Part shown: positions 37,943 to 51,976 of the stretch, piece after piece
Layout of the letters: every line of letters starts with the position of its first letter
Numbering within the stretch: position 1 is the first letter of the stretch
Source: Podospora anserina
Lineage: Eukaryota
NCBI GenBank assembly: GCA_017654855.1
Contig: CM030333.1
Location: forward strand, 4,154,001-4,218,000
DNA length: 64,000 bases
Direction: 5' to 3'
Program-made: the position numbers and the translations under genes
The notes under the pieces: generated by a model
Database searches by the model: none
Told to the model about the DNA's origin: nothing
The model's input: only the letters and a program-made list of their open reading frames with translations

Positions 37943-40900
37943 CTGTACATTGTGGTTTACTCTATCTTGTGCTCTTTTGTGACACTTAGCCAACCAAGAA
38001 GAGAGGAAAAGACAAGCGAAGGGGGGGTTGACAGGTGGTTACCTTGAGGTATGCTGTGTCACTTCTCCGTTCAAAATATCTGTCCGGTAGGTAGGCATTA
38101 CTCAACTGTGTTACCCCCTTCAGCCCCCTTCATCCGAGTTCATCCCATCATCCTCTTGACCGATCTCGGCCCGGTATAACTCTCTCATATTTTACCTATC
38201 ATCATCATGCCGAAAGGTGGCGGCTTCGGTCCGAAGGTCTTGAGCGCTCACACACTCATGTGAAAAGTCACGTTTGACGGCATACAAACAAACCAACCAT
38301 CCTACTCGTACCCAGATGTTTCCAGAAGGGGAAACTCAGTCGTAGAGGTCGTACACATACTTGCACATGGGAACAGGCAAGAGTTTGAAGGTGCGGTGGC
38401 TTTTGTGTAACTTTGCTGATCGATCCCGTCCCATACATACATCACCAGTTTTCGCTTTCGCTTAATTGTTGACCTCGCCGCCGCCACTGCTTGTGGGGCT
38501 TCCGTGAGGTGCCGAGGAGGTGTTTGAGGGCTTGTTGCGAGTCCGCAAGAATTTCGCCCTTGTGCTAAACGTCTTGGGGACCAGGAGCTTGTGTCACCGC
38601 AACAATTCTCGTTCGGGTTATGAGGCACTGTCATATTCCCCGGCTTTGTGTAACCTCTCTGGGTTGGTTGGTAACCGGGGTTGTGGCCTTGACATGTTTG
38701 TTTCTGGTTGGTTTACACGACGAGTACTTGGGTGTAAGTGGGCAAAGGATTGTCATGGGGAAAAGAGGCTCTGTTGACATTCTAGAAGAAAGGGGGCACA
38801 GAACTATGGCACCGGTCCCGCAAAAGATCGGCTGATTCTCCCCTTTCTTCGCCAACTATACAAACTTGAAGTATTGAACTCTTCGGAAGCCGTTCGGCAC
38901 TCATATCACAGCAAACTTACAAAAGATCGACCTCAGAGGGGATCAAAACGGCCTCCCGCATGCACGGCTGGGGCAAGACCGGGACCGAAATGGGTTCCAT
39001 GAATGAACGATGACGGATGGTGACATTGTGCGGCTGAATGTGAGAGATCATCATCCTCCTCTCTTCGGAACGTGCTATCTTTTCATGCGTGGGATATGTG
39101 TCTGTCCCTTCTGGCAAGAGTAATATGTGTGATACGATATAGCTCGCCCCTTTTTCCCTCACCAATGACAAATCATGCGCCTACCTGGTACAAGATACCT
39201 CCGTTGTCTCCTCTCAGTAAGTCCGTCAAGGCCATGTGTCTTAGCCAGACTAGTTTCTCGCTTCTGCATGGGTCTTGCGTTTTCCTTTTCCAAAATGCGG
39301 GATGTGATCACACTAAAGGAACCAGCAACATCCTGTTGAACAACAGACTTTGTGTTACATGAACCACGCTGATATACACATGTCAGATCCAACCTTGAAA
39401 GGTAACATGGGGGGCTACTACTCAATATATGCACATGGATTAGCCAAGCTTGATAATAATCTGTGTTGTGTCACTCATCAACCGGCAACATCGTGACTAA
39501 GGAAACTGTCCATTGAGGCAAAGATCTGTATTATTCTCGGATAAGCAGGCCAAGATGATAATGATGTATTGTGAGAACAGGTGAGAACTCAAACGGTGAG
39601 TTGTTGTTCATGCACCTACCCAGCCCGGATGTCAACATGATGAATAAGGGAAGAAAGATATCACAATGGATTTTGTTGCACCTCCTCACATGGATGGGCG
39701 AGGTCGTACGTTGTGTAACACCGCTTAAACTGTCCAGTCAGGTAGGTGTGGAGCGAGCCCTGACTGAAAAGCTTCCGAAGAATATGACAGTCTTTTGTGA
39801 CACACGATGGATGGGGTGTTCGGACATGTGACGGACGAGATTTGTGATGTGAAGGGACACAAGAAAACGCCACCTTTGGCAAGTCCAGCCACTGGAGATA
39901 TTCTGTGTAATAAACAACGAGCTCAGATGCGAAGACCAAGTTGTACAGACCGTGAACACTTGAAGGACATAGCTATGCACCATCGGACCTCGAGAACCAA
40001 CAACTCTCCTCTCTTTTACACCACCGACTTGATTAATTACACCCCAAACACTTCACCAATAAAAACCCGTCTTCCGAATCGGGATTTCAAAACCCAGGGT
40101 TACCGTCAGACAACAAATACTGATCAACAACCTCCTCCCGTCTCTCAGCCCTATCCCGATCACCAACCAGCAACACGCAACCAACATCGGATGGAACCGA
40201 ATACACCCACCCAAACCTTCCGAGTCCGAGCTGAAAATGTTATAAATGCGGGCGGGATATTAACCAACACACACACCCCGATTATTCATCTGCACAGACC
40301 AACCCAACCCTCACCGAGCCGAGCGCGGCCCCCTCCCCCCCCCACGTAATGTTTTGTTAACCAACCTCACCTCACCGAGGAGCAAATCAAGACATGAAGA
40401 TCAAAGACAGAACCAACAGGCCCGAGAAAGCAAATGCTGTGCTACCTACATAATAGAAGTGAATAATCAGCACCCCATCCCCCCTCGCATTCCAACCTTC
40501 AAAAAGTTTCTTCCTTCCCTTCGATCTCGGATCTTGAGCATAACACTGAAAGGGGTTGTTTGGTTGAATCTCCGAACGGGTCGAAAGATATGCCCCTGAA
40601 AAGACAAACAATATACACCCAATCCAGGACGACAACCTGACCTACCTGCGCAGGCAACAACTGGCCACTGCGCAAGCACACAGTGAACTCTACTGATTTG
40701 AGGGACAATTTCTCTTAAAATGCTGAGATAGTCGCGAGAGAGGGGATCACACATGTAACAATCTCAACCTCTCAAGGTAGGCAAGGTACTAAAAAAAATA
40801 GCCAAAAGACTTTCAAAAGCTTGTCAAAATAAGCCTCGAAGGAACGGTAAAATGGGCACCACCATAAAGGTTCAAAAAGCCTACCTACCACAATCTTTCA

Positions 40901-41399
40901 ACCACTCTAGATGTCTTCAGTCTCCCCACACACAAAAAACCCCTTGTGAAGATATCTTACTACCTCTTGAAAAGCCCCCACCTTTTTCTTATTGTCAAAC
41001 TCACTCATTGTGCTCAGCATATATGTGTAAAAGCAACCAAGTAAACAAAACACAAACTTTTGCCTAAACAAAAATGGTATATACACCTCCTCCTTTCCTC
41101 CCCTTCTGCCGCTAATATTCATCACAAAACCCAATCCTCTTCACAGTGCAATAAAAATCGCAATTTGAGTTACCCTCAAACTGACCCCCCTCTCCCCTAA
41201 AGAGAGCAAAAAAGCAAAAGAGACCTCCCTCCCCCCTTCCCCTCTCCCTCAACGTCCCAGTTTCGAGTACAAACCCCCTCACAACTCACCGCCACACCAT
41301 TCATTACCTCAACACCATTTTTAACAAAACTCACCCTCCCAATCCGGTCCCTTGTTTCCTATCCGGCCATGTCCCAATCCCACCCTCCCACCAAGAAAA

Positions 41400-44300
41400 T
41401 CAAGTCCACTTCGAAAAATCCACCGCATCCACCAGCGCCTCCGTATCCCCATTCCCACCCTGCCCATGGTGATGCACCCCATGATCCGTCATCATGGTAG
41501 AACTCGCCGCAGTGCTCAACATGCTCGATCGATGCGACCCATCATTCCCGCTCCCCGTCCCCGTCCCCGTCCCCGTCCCAGCCCCAGAAGTCCCCCCACT
41601 CAACCCCGTAGCAGCAGTGTTACTCGTAAAAAACGTCGCAACCGACGACCTACGCAAGCTGCTAAAGCTGTCACGAATATTCCCGCTCGCCGGTCTGCTG
41701 CCTGCGCTGTTGATGCCAGAGGGGCCCCCGCCACCGCCAATGCTATAGTCCGACAGCATACCCCCCGGCCCGACAGCGCCGGCACTTGCACCGCCGAGCC
41801 CGCTCTGCGTTCCTGACACGGGGGCGCTGCTGTTGATGAGCGGTAAGCCACCGGCAGTAGCGGTGGCAGTAGCCAAACCAGTCGACCCGGCAGAGTGCCC
41901 ATAGTGCGCACTCTTGGGACCGTGTCGCTCGCGTAGTCGATTGATCTCCTGAAGACGGTTCCTCCATGACGAAACATGCTCGCCACCTTCGCGTTGAGAC
42001 CACACAAGAGAAAACACGGATGCGTTGAGGGCTATCAGTCTGACGAAGCGAGGGAGCGCCTTCAAGCTGATAAGCTTTGGCTCGGCGACTGGGGAGATTT
42101 CTGGGAAGCCGGGCCGGTTCATGACTTGGACCTTGAAGAAGGGGGAAACGTGCTGAGCCTCTCCGTCCTGCCGCTTCTGCGCCATCTCTCTCATGGACGA
42201 AAACGTCCGCCGCGGTGCGGGGGTGATGACAATGTAGACGTAGTTGAACTGGGAGGGAAAGGTGTCGAATTTGAACGGCAAGCCAGATTCGTTCCAGACA
42301 ATGCTGACATAGTCGTTCCCAATGTGCTTCTTCTTGTGGTTGCACTGCGGGTCACGCTCCAGATTGGTGGGCATCTGTGTGGTGACATGGTAGACAATCT
42401 CGGTGACGCGGTCGCGCCAGCAGTAGGTGTACTGGCCGTCGGTGTCGTACTCGCGGTCCAAGCCTTGGGTGTTGAATGTGGCCCCCTTCAGCTTCGTCAG
42501 CACGCCCAAACCCTTGAGAAACTCGAGGTATTCTGGCGAGCCTATCGTGTTGGCGAGGATTTCGGTCTCCTTTGTCTGTCCCTCGCCAACATAAATAACA
42601 CCGACTTTGTGCCCGTCGACGGTGGAATTCCTGTCAAAAATACGGATGGCTCGGTTCACATTGTCGTCGTCCGGTAACGGAATGGGTCGAATGGCGGGAT
42701 CGTACATTTGAGGCATTGGTGCGAGCAGCTGCATCAGCAGATGGCTGGGAAAGATGGTGATACCGTGCTGGAAGCGTCCTTCCCAGGCCGATGCATCAGA
42801 TAGGTCCGCAGCTGGCTGATTAGGCATGGCGGAGAATTCGACACGGATGGCGAACGACGATGTGCCCGACGGATATCGTCGAGTAATCTCAGCCCAGCCC
42901 GTTTCTTTAGCCTGCCGAATGGTGACGATGCTGTTTCCGATGATCCAGCGCCTCTTCTGAATCTCGCCGTAGAACTCCTCGGTGAAGAGGGGATCCTGAG
43001 CCGAATCGCAAGCATCCGAAAAAGCCACACGCTGCATGAAGTCAAGTGTGACCTGTGCCTGTTCCTCGTTTGTGGCCCTGCCATCCGAATCTACAAACAG
43101 GTTCTTGGCGATCCAGTTGATATGACTCGGTCGATCGGGCAGCTTTACCGCAAGGAACCAGAAAGTAATGACATGGTACGCCAGAGCATACACGTACTGT
43201 GGCAGATCATCGTTGGCAGCTTGGTGGCCGAGCATCTCTGGGTGGTGTGCTACAACAATACTGGGCGTTGACGGCTCGCTCGAATGACTAGGGCGTGCGG
43301 CATGTTGTTTCTTGTCGCGTACTGACTGCAAGTATCTGGCGCAGATGCCGAAGATGATGCGATACTCGTCCTCTCGAAAGTTGGAATACAACGACGGCAG
43401 GCGACTGAGGCACGCCAGAAACTCAAGAATGTGTACGGCGACAAGGGGCTGTGTGATGACTTGCGACATCTTTTGCAGAATCGTCACAAGAGCTTTGCTG
43501 ACAGAGAGAGGTAGCTCGTGGCAGCACACTTGCAAAGCGTGGATGCATGTCTTTGCTGTCTTGTCCGAGATGCCATGCGTGAAAGTCCTGACCATATCGT
43601 CCTCGTCCATCTTTTGGAAGTGCTCATGATAACTGAGAATCATGGCCAGCGAGTGAAACAGACAGTTGCTCACATCACTTCGCCGCAAGCCTGACGAAAG
43701 GGGGGGCTCTTGAAAGTTGCCGGTCTTGATCATTTCGCAAAAGAACCGTCGAAGCTCGTGGATGTGAGGGATCGCGCCCCTGAAGATGGGATGATTGCTG
43801 AGTTGGGCGGGAAGGTGTGCCAGAACAAAGCTGTAAACCTCCCAGTCGCAACCGTTGTGGAAGAGGCTGATCATCGCTTCCAGCCAAGCACCCATATTCA
43901 GTACTGCCCTTCCTGTAGAGCCCAACTCGGCTCCAATAGCATCATTCTCGTCTCGGTAGGAAATAAGCAACCAGCTCGGTCTCTCAGGGAGGCTCTCAGG
44001 TAGAGCATCTGCATCGGGGACCGACCATAATCTTTGATTCTGATGGACTACGGGCCTTGGGGTATGTGTTTGCCGTGCAGGAAGCCCTTTCTCTCCTGCC
44101 TGCCCCTGGGTAAACGATATACCACGAGACGGCCGTGTTGCTGGCTCAGCCCTTGGCAGCCTAGATGGATGTGCGGCATCCTCGGCCAGCTTTCTTGCAA
44201 GTGACGCTTCCGTCCTGTAAAGCAAGCCTGCAAGGCTTTCATTCTCAACCTGCGTGGTGATATATATTTGATATTCCGCATCTGCTCGAAGTCGAAAGAG

Positions 44301-46561
44301 CATCTTCATGGCCGTCAGTCGAGCATCAACCTCACATGAATTAGAACGGGCAATGTGAACCAGGGCAGCAAAAGCCTTGGATGCTTTGGAGCCATCGGTG
44401 TTGAGTGTTCGGATGAAAATCTGAACATAACCTCTGGTGACAACGTTGGAGAGGCTCTGGTTCGCAAAGTAAACGGTCTGACCTGGAGGGAAGGAACTGG
44501 ACTTTGGCGACGCCAACAAAGCCAAGGGTGACCTGGACATTTCCTTTGCAACCACCTCCCTCAGACCTCCTATGATGTCATCAAAAAGACTGCCATCTGC
44601 AGTTTGCGAGACCTTCACGAGGAACGTAACCGTGTCCTGAAGAACCAGTGTGTTCGTTTCTTCGCTCATACCAGAGAGCAGCCGGCGCACGAGGTCGCCA
44701 AGAGCGTCCTCTTCCATGAGATCTTGTGTGAGAGAGAGAAAGTCGTAGACTTCGATGATGATTTCCAAAGCGTGCAACCGCGTCAGCGGATCCCGGTGTT
44801 GGGCCAGGAAAAAGCCATCCATGATTATGTCAAGATTCTTCTTCCACTCCACGTCTGATGGGAAGCAGCTCCTGTGATCCTTGAAGTAGGCGATGACGAG
44901 ACCCGCAGCAGAATCTGGAAGGGCCAAGTACACCTGGCTCAGGAATTGCATGCACTCATCTCGTTGCAGCAGGTCGGATGTTTGGGTGAGTAGGTTTTCG
45001 ATGCGGGTGATGAGGCGTCTCAGCTGCCCGGTAACGGGGTCCTCGGCTTCTGGTACTTGCCGCGGCGAAAGGAGTGATTCCGAATCTGGGGCAGTGAAGG
45101 GGACTGCCTGTGTCCCACACTGGGCAGCAACCTCGAAGATGGAGGACCAGTGCTCGTCTCTGACCATCGAACTGATGTTGTTGCGCGCGTCGTCGAATAA
45201 TGAGTTGATTAACTGCAGAGTATCAGCGGCTATTTTGGTGTTGCTAGACCTAGCAACATTGGCCAGGCCGTCCACCAGAAGCGCAAGGGACACAGGGGGG
45301 TACCCCTTTTCGGCCGATTTGTGAAGGAGCTTCTTCAGTACCGAAAGGGCGCCTCGAATCTCTCTGTTCAACTCCTGCTCCTTCTCCTTATCGTCTGGGG
45401 CCGCATAAGTTCGCAGAATGTCCAGCAATATCCTGACCGTGGACTGCCCATGGTGCGATCTGCAAATAATGGAGATGGTGTGCCATGACTGTTTCTGCAG
45501 GTGAGGCAACTGTTGGTGTATCGTTCCGAGGACTTTGATACAGTCTTTGAGCTTGCCGTTTGGAATGGTCCCGAACGTGACGAGCGCTTCGATCACGTTG
45601 ATGCATGCTATCAAATCATCCTCCGATGCCGTTTTTCTACAAATATTGAGCAGCTCGCTCATCAAATCCCCAACCACTGGGTCCCTGGCGAACTTGAAGT
45701 TGAATTTGATCACGTCCCTCAGAAGCACAAACAGCTGGGAGAAGTTCTTATCTTCGCCTGCTGCGGCTGATTTCCCTTTGCTAGACCCCCCATTCCCTCG
45801 CAGTGCCCTTCTACGAGCCTTTCTGACGATTTGGTATGTCTGGTGTAGCCAGGAAATAAGTAACGGGAATATGTCGTACGGGAACCCGGTGATATTGCGA
45901 CCTTTTGTAGTGAGATCTTCTAGAGCAGCGAGCTGAAGGTGAAAGTCTGCTCGGTTCGCAGGTGCTGTGAGGGTTTCAAAATACTCGCGGCGCTCCAGCT
46001 CGCTGGCAGCTGTGTACTTTGCGCACTCGGTAAGAAGCTCCCAGCCAATCTGTCGGGCGTTTTCTGGATAGTTTTCGTTGATCAGGTCTTTGCCGGCGTA
46101 CCATATGTCGAGTACCTAGCCAACGACGTCAGCAACCGGGCCCCGACGGCTTAAGGAGGCACATGGGGAACACATACAGGATTCAGTGGAAAATCCCTTA
46201 TTGCGTAACGAAGCGAAGTTGCCGCAGCTATCCTCTCATTCAGATGACCATTCCTATTCTTCAGCTTTACATATTGCTCAACCTGGTCGGGGGCAAGCCC
46301 TCGAAGGGCCGTCGGGAGTGGGCTGTCATCGGCATGTTTCGTCGACGGTGAAGGCTGTGCCTGGGCAGCGGCGATGGAACCGAGGGACTGAAGTGAAGGT
46401 GGTGGTGATTTTGTAAGCCTGCTGCCGCCGGCCAGTCCCTTAAAGACACCGGCAAGGCCTCCGGTGATCCTCTCCGGGGGCTGGTCGTCTCCGGGAGAGG
46501 GGGACATGGGTAGCTGGTCCTCCGAGGCCGAGTGGCCTAGAGACGCTAGTCGGCGCAACAT
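41400..46561 (-). CDS. TSC2: Tuberin/Tsc2 (Rheb GAP); exons 46561-46178 and 46115-41400
   Basis: Rap/Ran-GAP domain HKVGVIYVGEGQ...EILAN...YHVTTQMP...KKKHIGNDYVSIVWNE; tuberin motifs DWEVYSFVLAHLPAQL, VHILEFLACLSRLP, NFREDEYRIIFGI; intron GTATGT(46177)...CTAG(46116) is in frame. Confidence 0.93.
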
Positions 46562-48080
46562 GTCAGTATACCGGCATTCTTTGTAGCGGCAACGACGCAG
46601 AACAAGCAGGACAGATAGAAAAGATCAAAAAGCAGCAAAGACAAGAGGAACACTCGTAGTGTCTGTCGTCCGACGCCAAGACCAGAAACTCGCAAGGCAG
46701 TGGTTTAGCCCTGCAGGAAGCTTGCAGGAGCCGCATGCAGGCTCAGAAGTCCGGGGCGGGGGAGGGCGATCGAAACACGGCGGGAGCGAGAGCTGTGAAT
46801 TGTCGGGTTCCCTCAACATGACATGGCCATGGCCTGACGGGAGGGTGTGGTCAGGTCGGGGGCGGCCTAACTTAAGGGGGAAAGTCGCAAGAGATGTCGA
46901 GACATGTTCGTCTAGAAATAACCCGGAAAACTCTCGAGACAGGACAAGACAAGACATACGTTCGACTTACACGTAATGTGCTAATCGCAACAGGAAGAGG
47001 CAGGTCACAGAGACACAAGCCAGCGAGGGGAGCTGTCCCCCTCCTTGTCTATCTCTTCCCACCCTCCCTCACTTTCAATCGGGAATCGGGGCTGGTGACT
47101 GGTCCTCCACACTCTTCACGCCACCAGCTGGGGGGCACATGCGCCAACGTCCGGAAGGGTGCAGTCGGGAAGCTGTGTGATGGTGTTTCAGCTGGCGGGA
47201 TGGTCTGGCCTTTGTGATGTGTGATTACTCGCTTTCTATGATTGGAATAACGTTGGAAGATGGACTTGCGGACTGGCGGACTGGCGATCACTGGCGGACT
47301 CCTGAAAAATCAAGCTACCGGTCAGTGGTGTTCTTGGGGCAGCGATGACGGAACATGGCCCAGTGAAACCCACTGGTGGCAGCGATTGGATGGACCCCAC
47401 GATGAGCTGGGGGGGGGGTTGACGGCTGCGTGTTGACCCGCCCGAGCCAATCACACCTTCCTGGCTTGCAGGACGACCATGGAAAAAAAAATGGAAAAAA
47501 AAAGTGATATGGAAAACTGAGATTTTCTGTCAAGTTTTGCAGAGAGCACTGTGGCACTGTTGTTTGTGTCAGGGAGAGACGGTCCGGTGCTCCATGGTCA
47601 AAGAATAGATCGAGCAGGCTATAGAGAGAATGATGACTAAAAGGCTAATGGAGATAGTTTGCGTCTTATGCAAGTTCCATCACAACGAATGAGAAAGAGA
47701 CGAGGTTCGTTTGATAGAGGACGATAAGCCGTTATCATCGTCTTTCCCAGAGCTTCCTTCCCCACTATTTGGAGGGCCGACGGCAAGTACCGCACGCACC
47801 CCGCTACCTAACAAAGTCCCTGAGCCTCTGAGGTGGCCCGTGGCCTTGCGCCAGCCAAGGCTCTGATAATTTTGGATACCAGGCGGAGGCTGCCAGAAGA
47901 CCTTCTCCCCCACCATAACTCTGGCAACCGTCAACCGCTTTTTCAGGTGTTTTTGTTTTGCTTCCAAAATTGAAGCCACTGCCACATACACGTCGTCATA
48001 TTGCTTGCAACCTCCCAACACACATCTCACCCATCACAAGTAGTACAAATACCACGAGAACGACGAAGCAGCTGCCAAAC

Positions 48081-51000
48081 ATGGCGACCGACCTGGTGCA
48101 GATCGCTCAGCTGCTTAACCTGACACTGGATGCGAAGCAGCACCGCAAAGGTAGGCATCAATCACATAGCAAATTCCCGCTCCGTGACCGCTCAGACTAA
48201 CTTTTGTTTCTCTTTTCCTCCTTTTCAGCTGAGGCCGAGCTCAAGATTCTATCAGAACAGCCCAACTATTCCCTGTCCCTTCTCACACTCGTCCACGATG
48301 CCACGAAACCAACCCAGACCCGCCTCGCGGCAGCCCTTGCCTTTAAGAACTTTATCCGCCACAACTGGGTAAACGAGGATGGATCCCACAAGCTTGCTGC
48401 GAACGAGGTCGAGACCATCAAGAAGGAGATTGTCGGCATGATGATTGAAGCCCCCAGCCAAATTCAGGCCCAACTGGGCGAGGCCATCTCGACCATTGCC
48501 GATTCCGATTTCTGGGAGCGCTGGGACACCCTTACCCAAGATCTTGTTAGCCGCCTTTCTCCAACGAGTTTTAAGCAAACAAATGGCGTTTTGGAGGTTG
48601 CACACTCGATTTTCGGTCGGTGGCGCCCTCTGTTCTCGAGCAACGACCTGAACCGCGAAGTGTTGCATGTGGTTGGTGTGTTTGGCGACCCCTTTATCCA
48701 GATGCTGGGCATCGCCGACCAGCAAATTGGGGCCAACTCGGGCAACGAGGCCGAGCTCAGGGGTTGGCTTACCACGATGAGTCTCCTTGTTAAGATCTTC
48801 TACGACCTTTCGTGCCAGGACCTACCACCAGTCATCGAGTCGAACCTGCAGTCCATCACCGTGCTCCTCCACAAGTATCTCAGTTACACCAACCCAATCT
48901 TTGATGGCGAGGAGGACGATCCCACGCCACTCGAGAACCTCAAGTCAGACATCTGCGAAGTTCTTCAGCTGTACACAAACAAGTACGACGATGACTTCAA
49001 CCCATATGTCCAAAAGTTCACCCAGGATGTGTGGAACGTGCTCTCCAGCGTTGGGCCCGAGAAGAGATATGACATCCTAACTTGCCAAGCGCTTAAATTC
49101 CTTACCGCTGTGGCTTCAGTGTCTAGGCACGCACAGATTTTCAGCGACGAGGCGACACTGGGTACAATTGTTGAGAAGGTCATTATCCCAAATGTGTCTC
49201 TCAGAGAATCGGATGTTGAAATGTTCGAGGACGAGCCGATCGAATTCATCAGACATGATCTGGAGGGCTCCGATACCGACTCGAGAAGAAGGGCTTCGAC
49301 CGATTTTCTCCAGAAGCTGCTCGGAAACTTTGAGATGCTGGTGACACAAGTGGTCTTCAAGTACATCAACCATTTCCTCGAGCAAGGAAAGAGTGACTGG
49401 AAGGCCAAGGATACCGCTGTGTATCTCTTCCTCGCCATCGCTGCCAAGGGTGCCGTCACGGCATCTCACGGTGTCAAGACGGTCAACAGCCATATCAATG
49501 TGGTGGAGTTTTTCACCCAACATATTGCTGGTGACCTTGTTGGTGGGGACTCGCATCCTATTGCCAAGGTTGATGCCATCAAGTACCTCTACAACTTCCG
49601 CAGCCAGCTTGACAAGGCCCAGTGGGCCGCTGCTATGCAGCCACTCATCCAGAACCTGGGTTCAGACAACTATGTGGTCTACACTTATGCGGCCATTGCG
49701 GTCGAGAGAGTGCTTTACCTGACGGACGATTCCGGCCAGCACATTTTCCCTCGGGCTGACATCCAGCCCCATGCCAAGGAGCTCTTGGAACACCTCTTCA
49801 GTCTTGTTGAAAAGGACGCCTCGCCAGCAAAGTTACAGGAGAATGAGTTCTTGATGAGGTGCATCATGCGCGTTCTGATCGTTCTCAAGGAGGGGGCGGC
49901 CGAGTGTGGTATCAACAATATTCTCACTCACCTGAATGGCATCACCAATATCATCAAGCAGAACCCCAGCAACCCGCGCTTTTACTACTATCACTTTGAG
50001 GCCATGGGAGCCCTTGTCAGGTAGGACTTTTTGGTTTCTTGACTGCACTGGACTGAAATCGCTAACTTGTAACAGATACTGCAGTAGTCTGCCTCAGGTC
50101 GACCTTATCAGCCGCCTGTGGGAGCCGTTTGCATTGATCCTCACCGAGGATGTGTCCGAGTTCATCCCCTTCGTCTTCCAGATCTTCTCGCTTCTTTTGG
50201 AGCTCAACCCAACCGCGCAGATTCCAGGCGATTTCAAGGCTCTTTTGGAACTTGTGCTTACCCCGACTCTATGGGACACCAGAGGCAATGCGCCCCCTCT
50301 TTCCCGGTTCCTTGCGGCCATCATCCCCAAGGCCGCCCAGGCCATTGTGCTGGAGAACAAGCTGGAAGCCGTACTCCTCATCTTCCAGCGTCTTTTGGCC
50401 AGCAAAAAGACGTCGCAGAATGCCTTTGACATCATCGACTCCGTCGTGACCACATTCCCTGCGTAAGTGCCTAACTCCAGTTCGAATGATTCAAAAAGGC
50501 TAACCTCGTTGCTATAGTGAGGTGTTGGAGCCATTCTTCACCAATGTGGTCGGCCTTGTCTTCGACAGCGTCCAGAAGCACCCTAGCGATTCGCACAAGC
50601 TCCGTGTAGCGCGTTTCTACCATCTCGTCTCGGCCAAGCCAGGGCTCGGGGCCGACTTCTTCATCAAGCACGCCGACGCCGTCCAGGCAAACGTTTTTAC
50701 TCCTTTCTACCTGCAGGTTATCCGACCCACCACTGCCTTGTTCGCCAAGCCGGTGGACCGCAAGCTGGCTGTTGTTTCTTACACCAAGACGCTGTGCGAG
50801 TCCGAGGCCTTTGCCACGCGCTACGCCAAGGGCTGGGGCTTCACCTGCACGAACCTGCTGGACCTCCTCAAGAACCCACCCAGGGTTGCTGCTGGTCTTG
50901 GTGACGAGCTCCTTGTTGAGAACGATGTGGACGACATTGGCTTCGGCATTGGTTTCACGCCTTTGAACACGTGCAAGCGCGGCCCCACGGATGCCTACCC

Positions 51001-51139
51001 CGAGATCACTGAGATTGAGAAGTGGGTCGGACAGTATGTCAAGGAGGCGAACGCGAAGACGAACGGGCAGATCACGCGGTTTGCTCAGGAGAGGCTGGCT
51101 CCTGAGGCCCAGCAGTTCTTTGCGCCTTATCTGGCTTAA
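48081..51139 (+). CDS. CSE1: Importin-alpha re-exporter Cse1 (exportin-2); introns 48151-48228, 50021-50075, 50463-50517
   Basis: IBN_N-like RLAAALAFKNFIRHNW; FEDEPIEFIRHDLEGSDTDSRRRA; VDAIKYLYNFRSQL; ENEFLMRCIMRVL; NPSNPRFYYYHFE. Confidence 0.95.
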
Positions 51140-51976
51140 GGGGGGGTCAGCATGGGGAGAAGAGGAGGCGGTGATTATGTATGTTGAGGGGAGTGTTTGG
51201 CGTTTGGGAGCAGCATTGGAGGTAAACAATTGATGGGCATATTTGTTGGTATTGCTTTGGGGGGGGGGGGTAATGTTGAGCGGAACAGAGCTCGAGACCA
51301 GACAAAAGAAGATAAAAAGGGGTGGGGAATGAATACATTTTGATGGCAATGGCAAAGCGATGGATGGAGTTTTTGATGATGGGGTGTAGAGTGATGTTTG
51401 AAGAAGTTCTATATATGATGGCTTTTTGTTAGATGGTAAACATGATATTACCAAAATACCGCTTCTTCCACGCCACCCTTGATTCTCAGGCAACAAAGGT
51501 CTTGATTTTCACTTTCGACAGATGTCGTTTGGTAGGACTCGTTCTTTTCGTCCCGTCGCTTGCTTGTCCTAATCACCGAGCTACGGTCGACTCAGCGGCA
51601 CAGCTGTAGCCTATCAACACCCGATCTGCAAAAAGATGTGTTTCAAGGACTTCTTTCAAACGTCCACTAATCTGCCACTAATAGTTAGCAGCATTTGGCC
51701 CCCAGCGCCCCCGCAGCGGGCATCCTTCTTCAATCTCCATTTTCCAGCCCTGTGGTTTGAACTGCTGGGACCCCTGTTTGCGTCGACAGCTCAACGGCGG
51801 CTGGTGCTGCGCCCTCCCCGGGGAAACATCTTTCTCTCACCTAGCACCACTACCCCTCCTTTTTTTTCTTTCTTTATTTTAACCTTCTTTGTTTCTCTCC
51901 CTCTCGAACCTGACTACGGTTCAAGGTCTGTATACTCACCACGCGATTGATTGATTGATCCTCGGTGCGCGCAACA

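Noticed and set aside
37764-38047. ORFs with (TYLP)n repeats
   Set aside because: Translation of the (TACC)n microsatellite, not a credible protein
39637-39767. ATGATGA...CTGA pair suggesting a C/D snoRNA
   Set aside because: No terminal stem or recognisable rRNA guide; such boxes occur by chance
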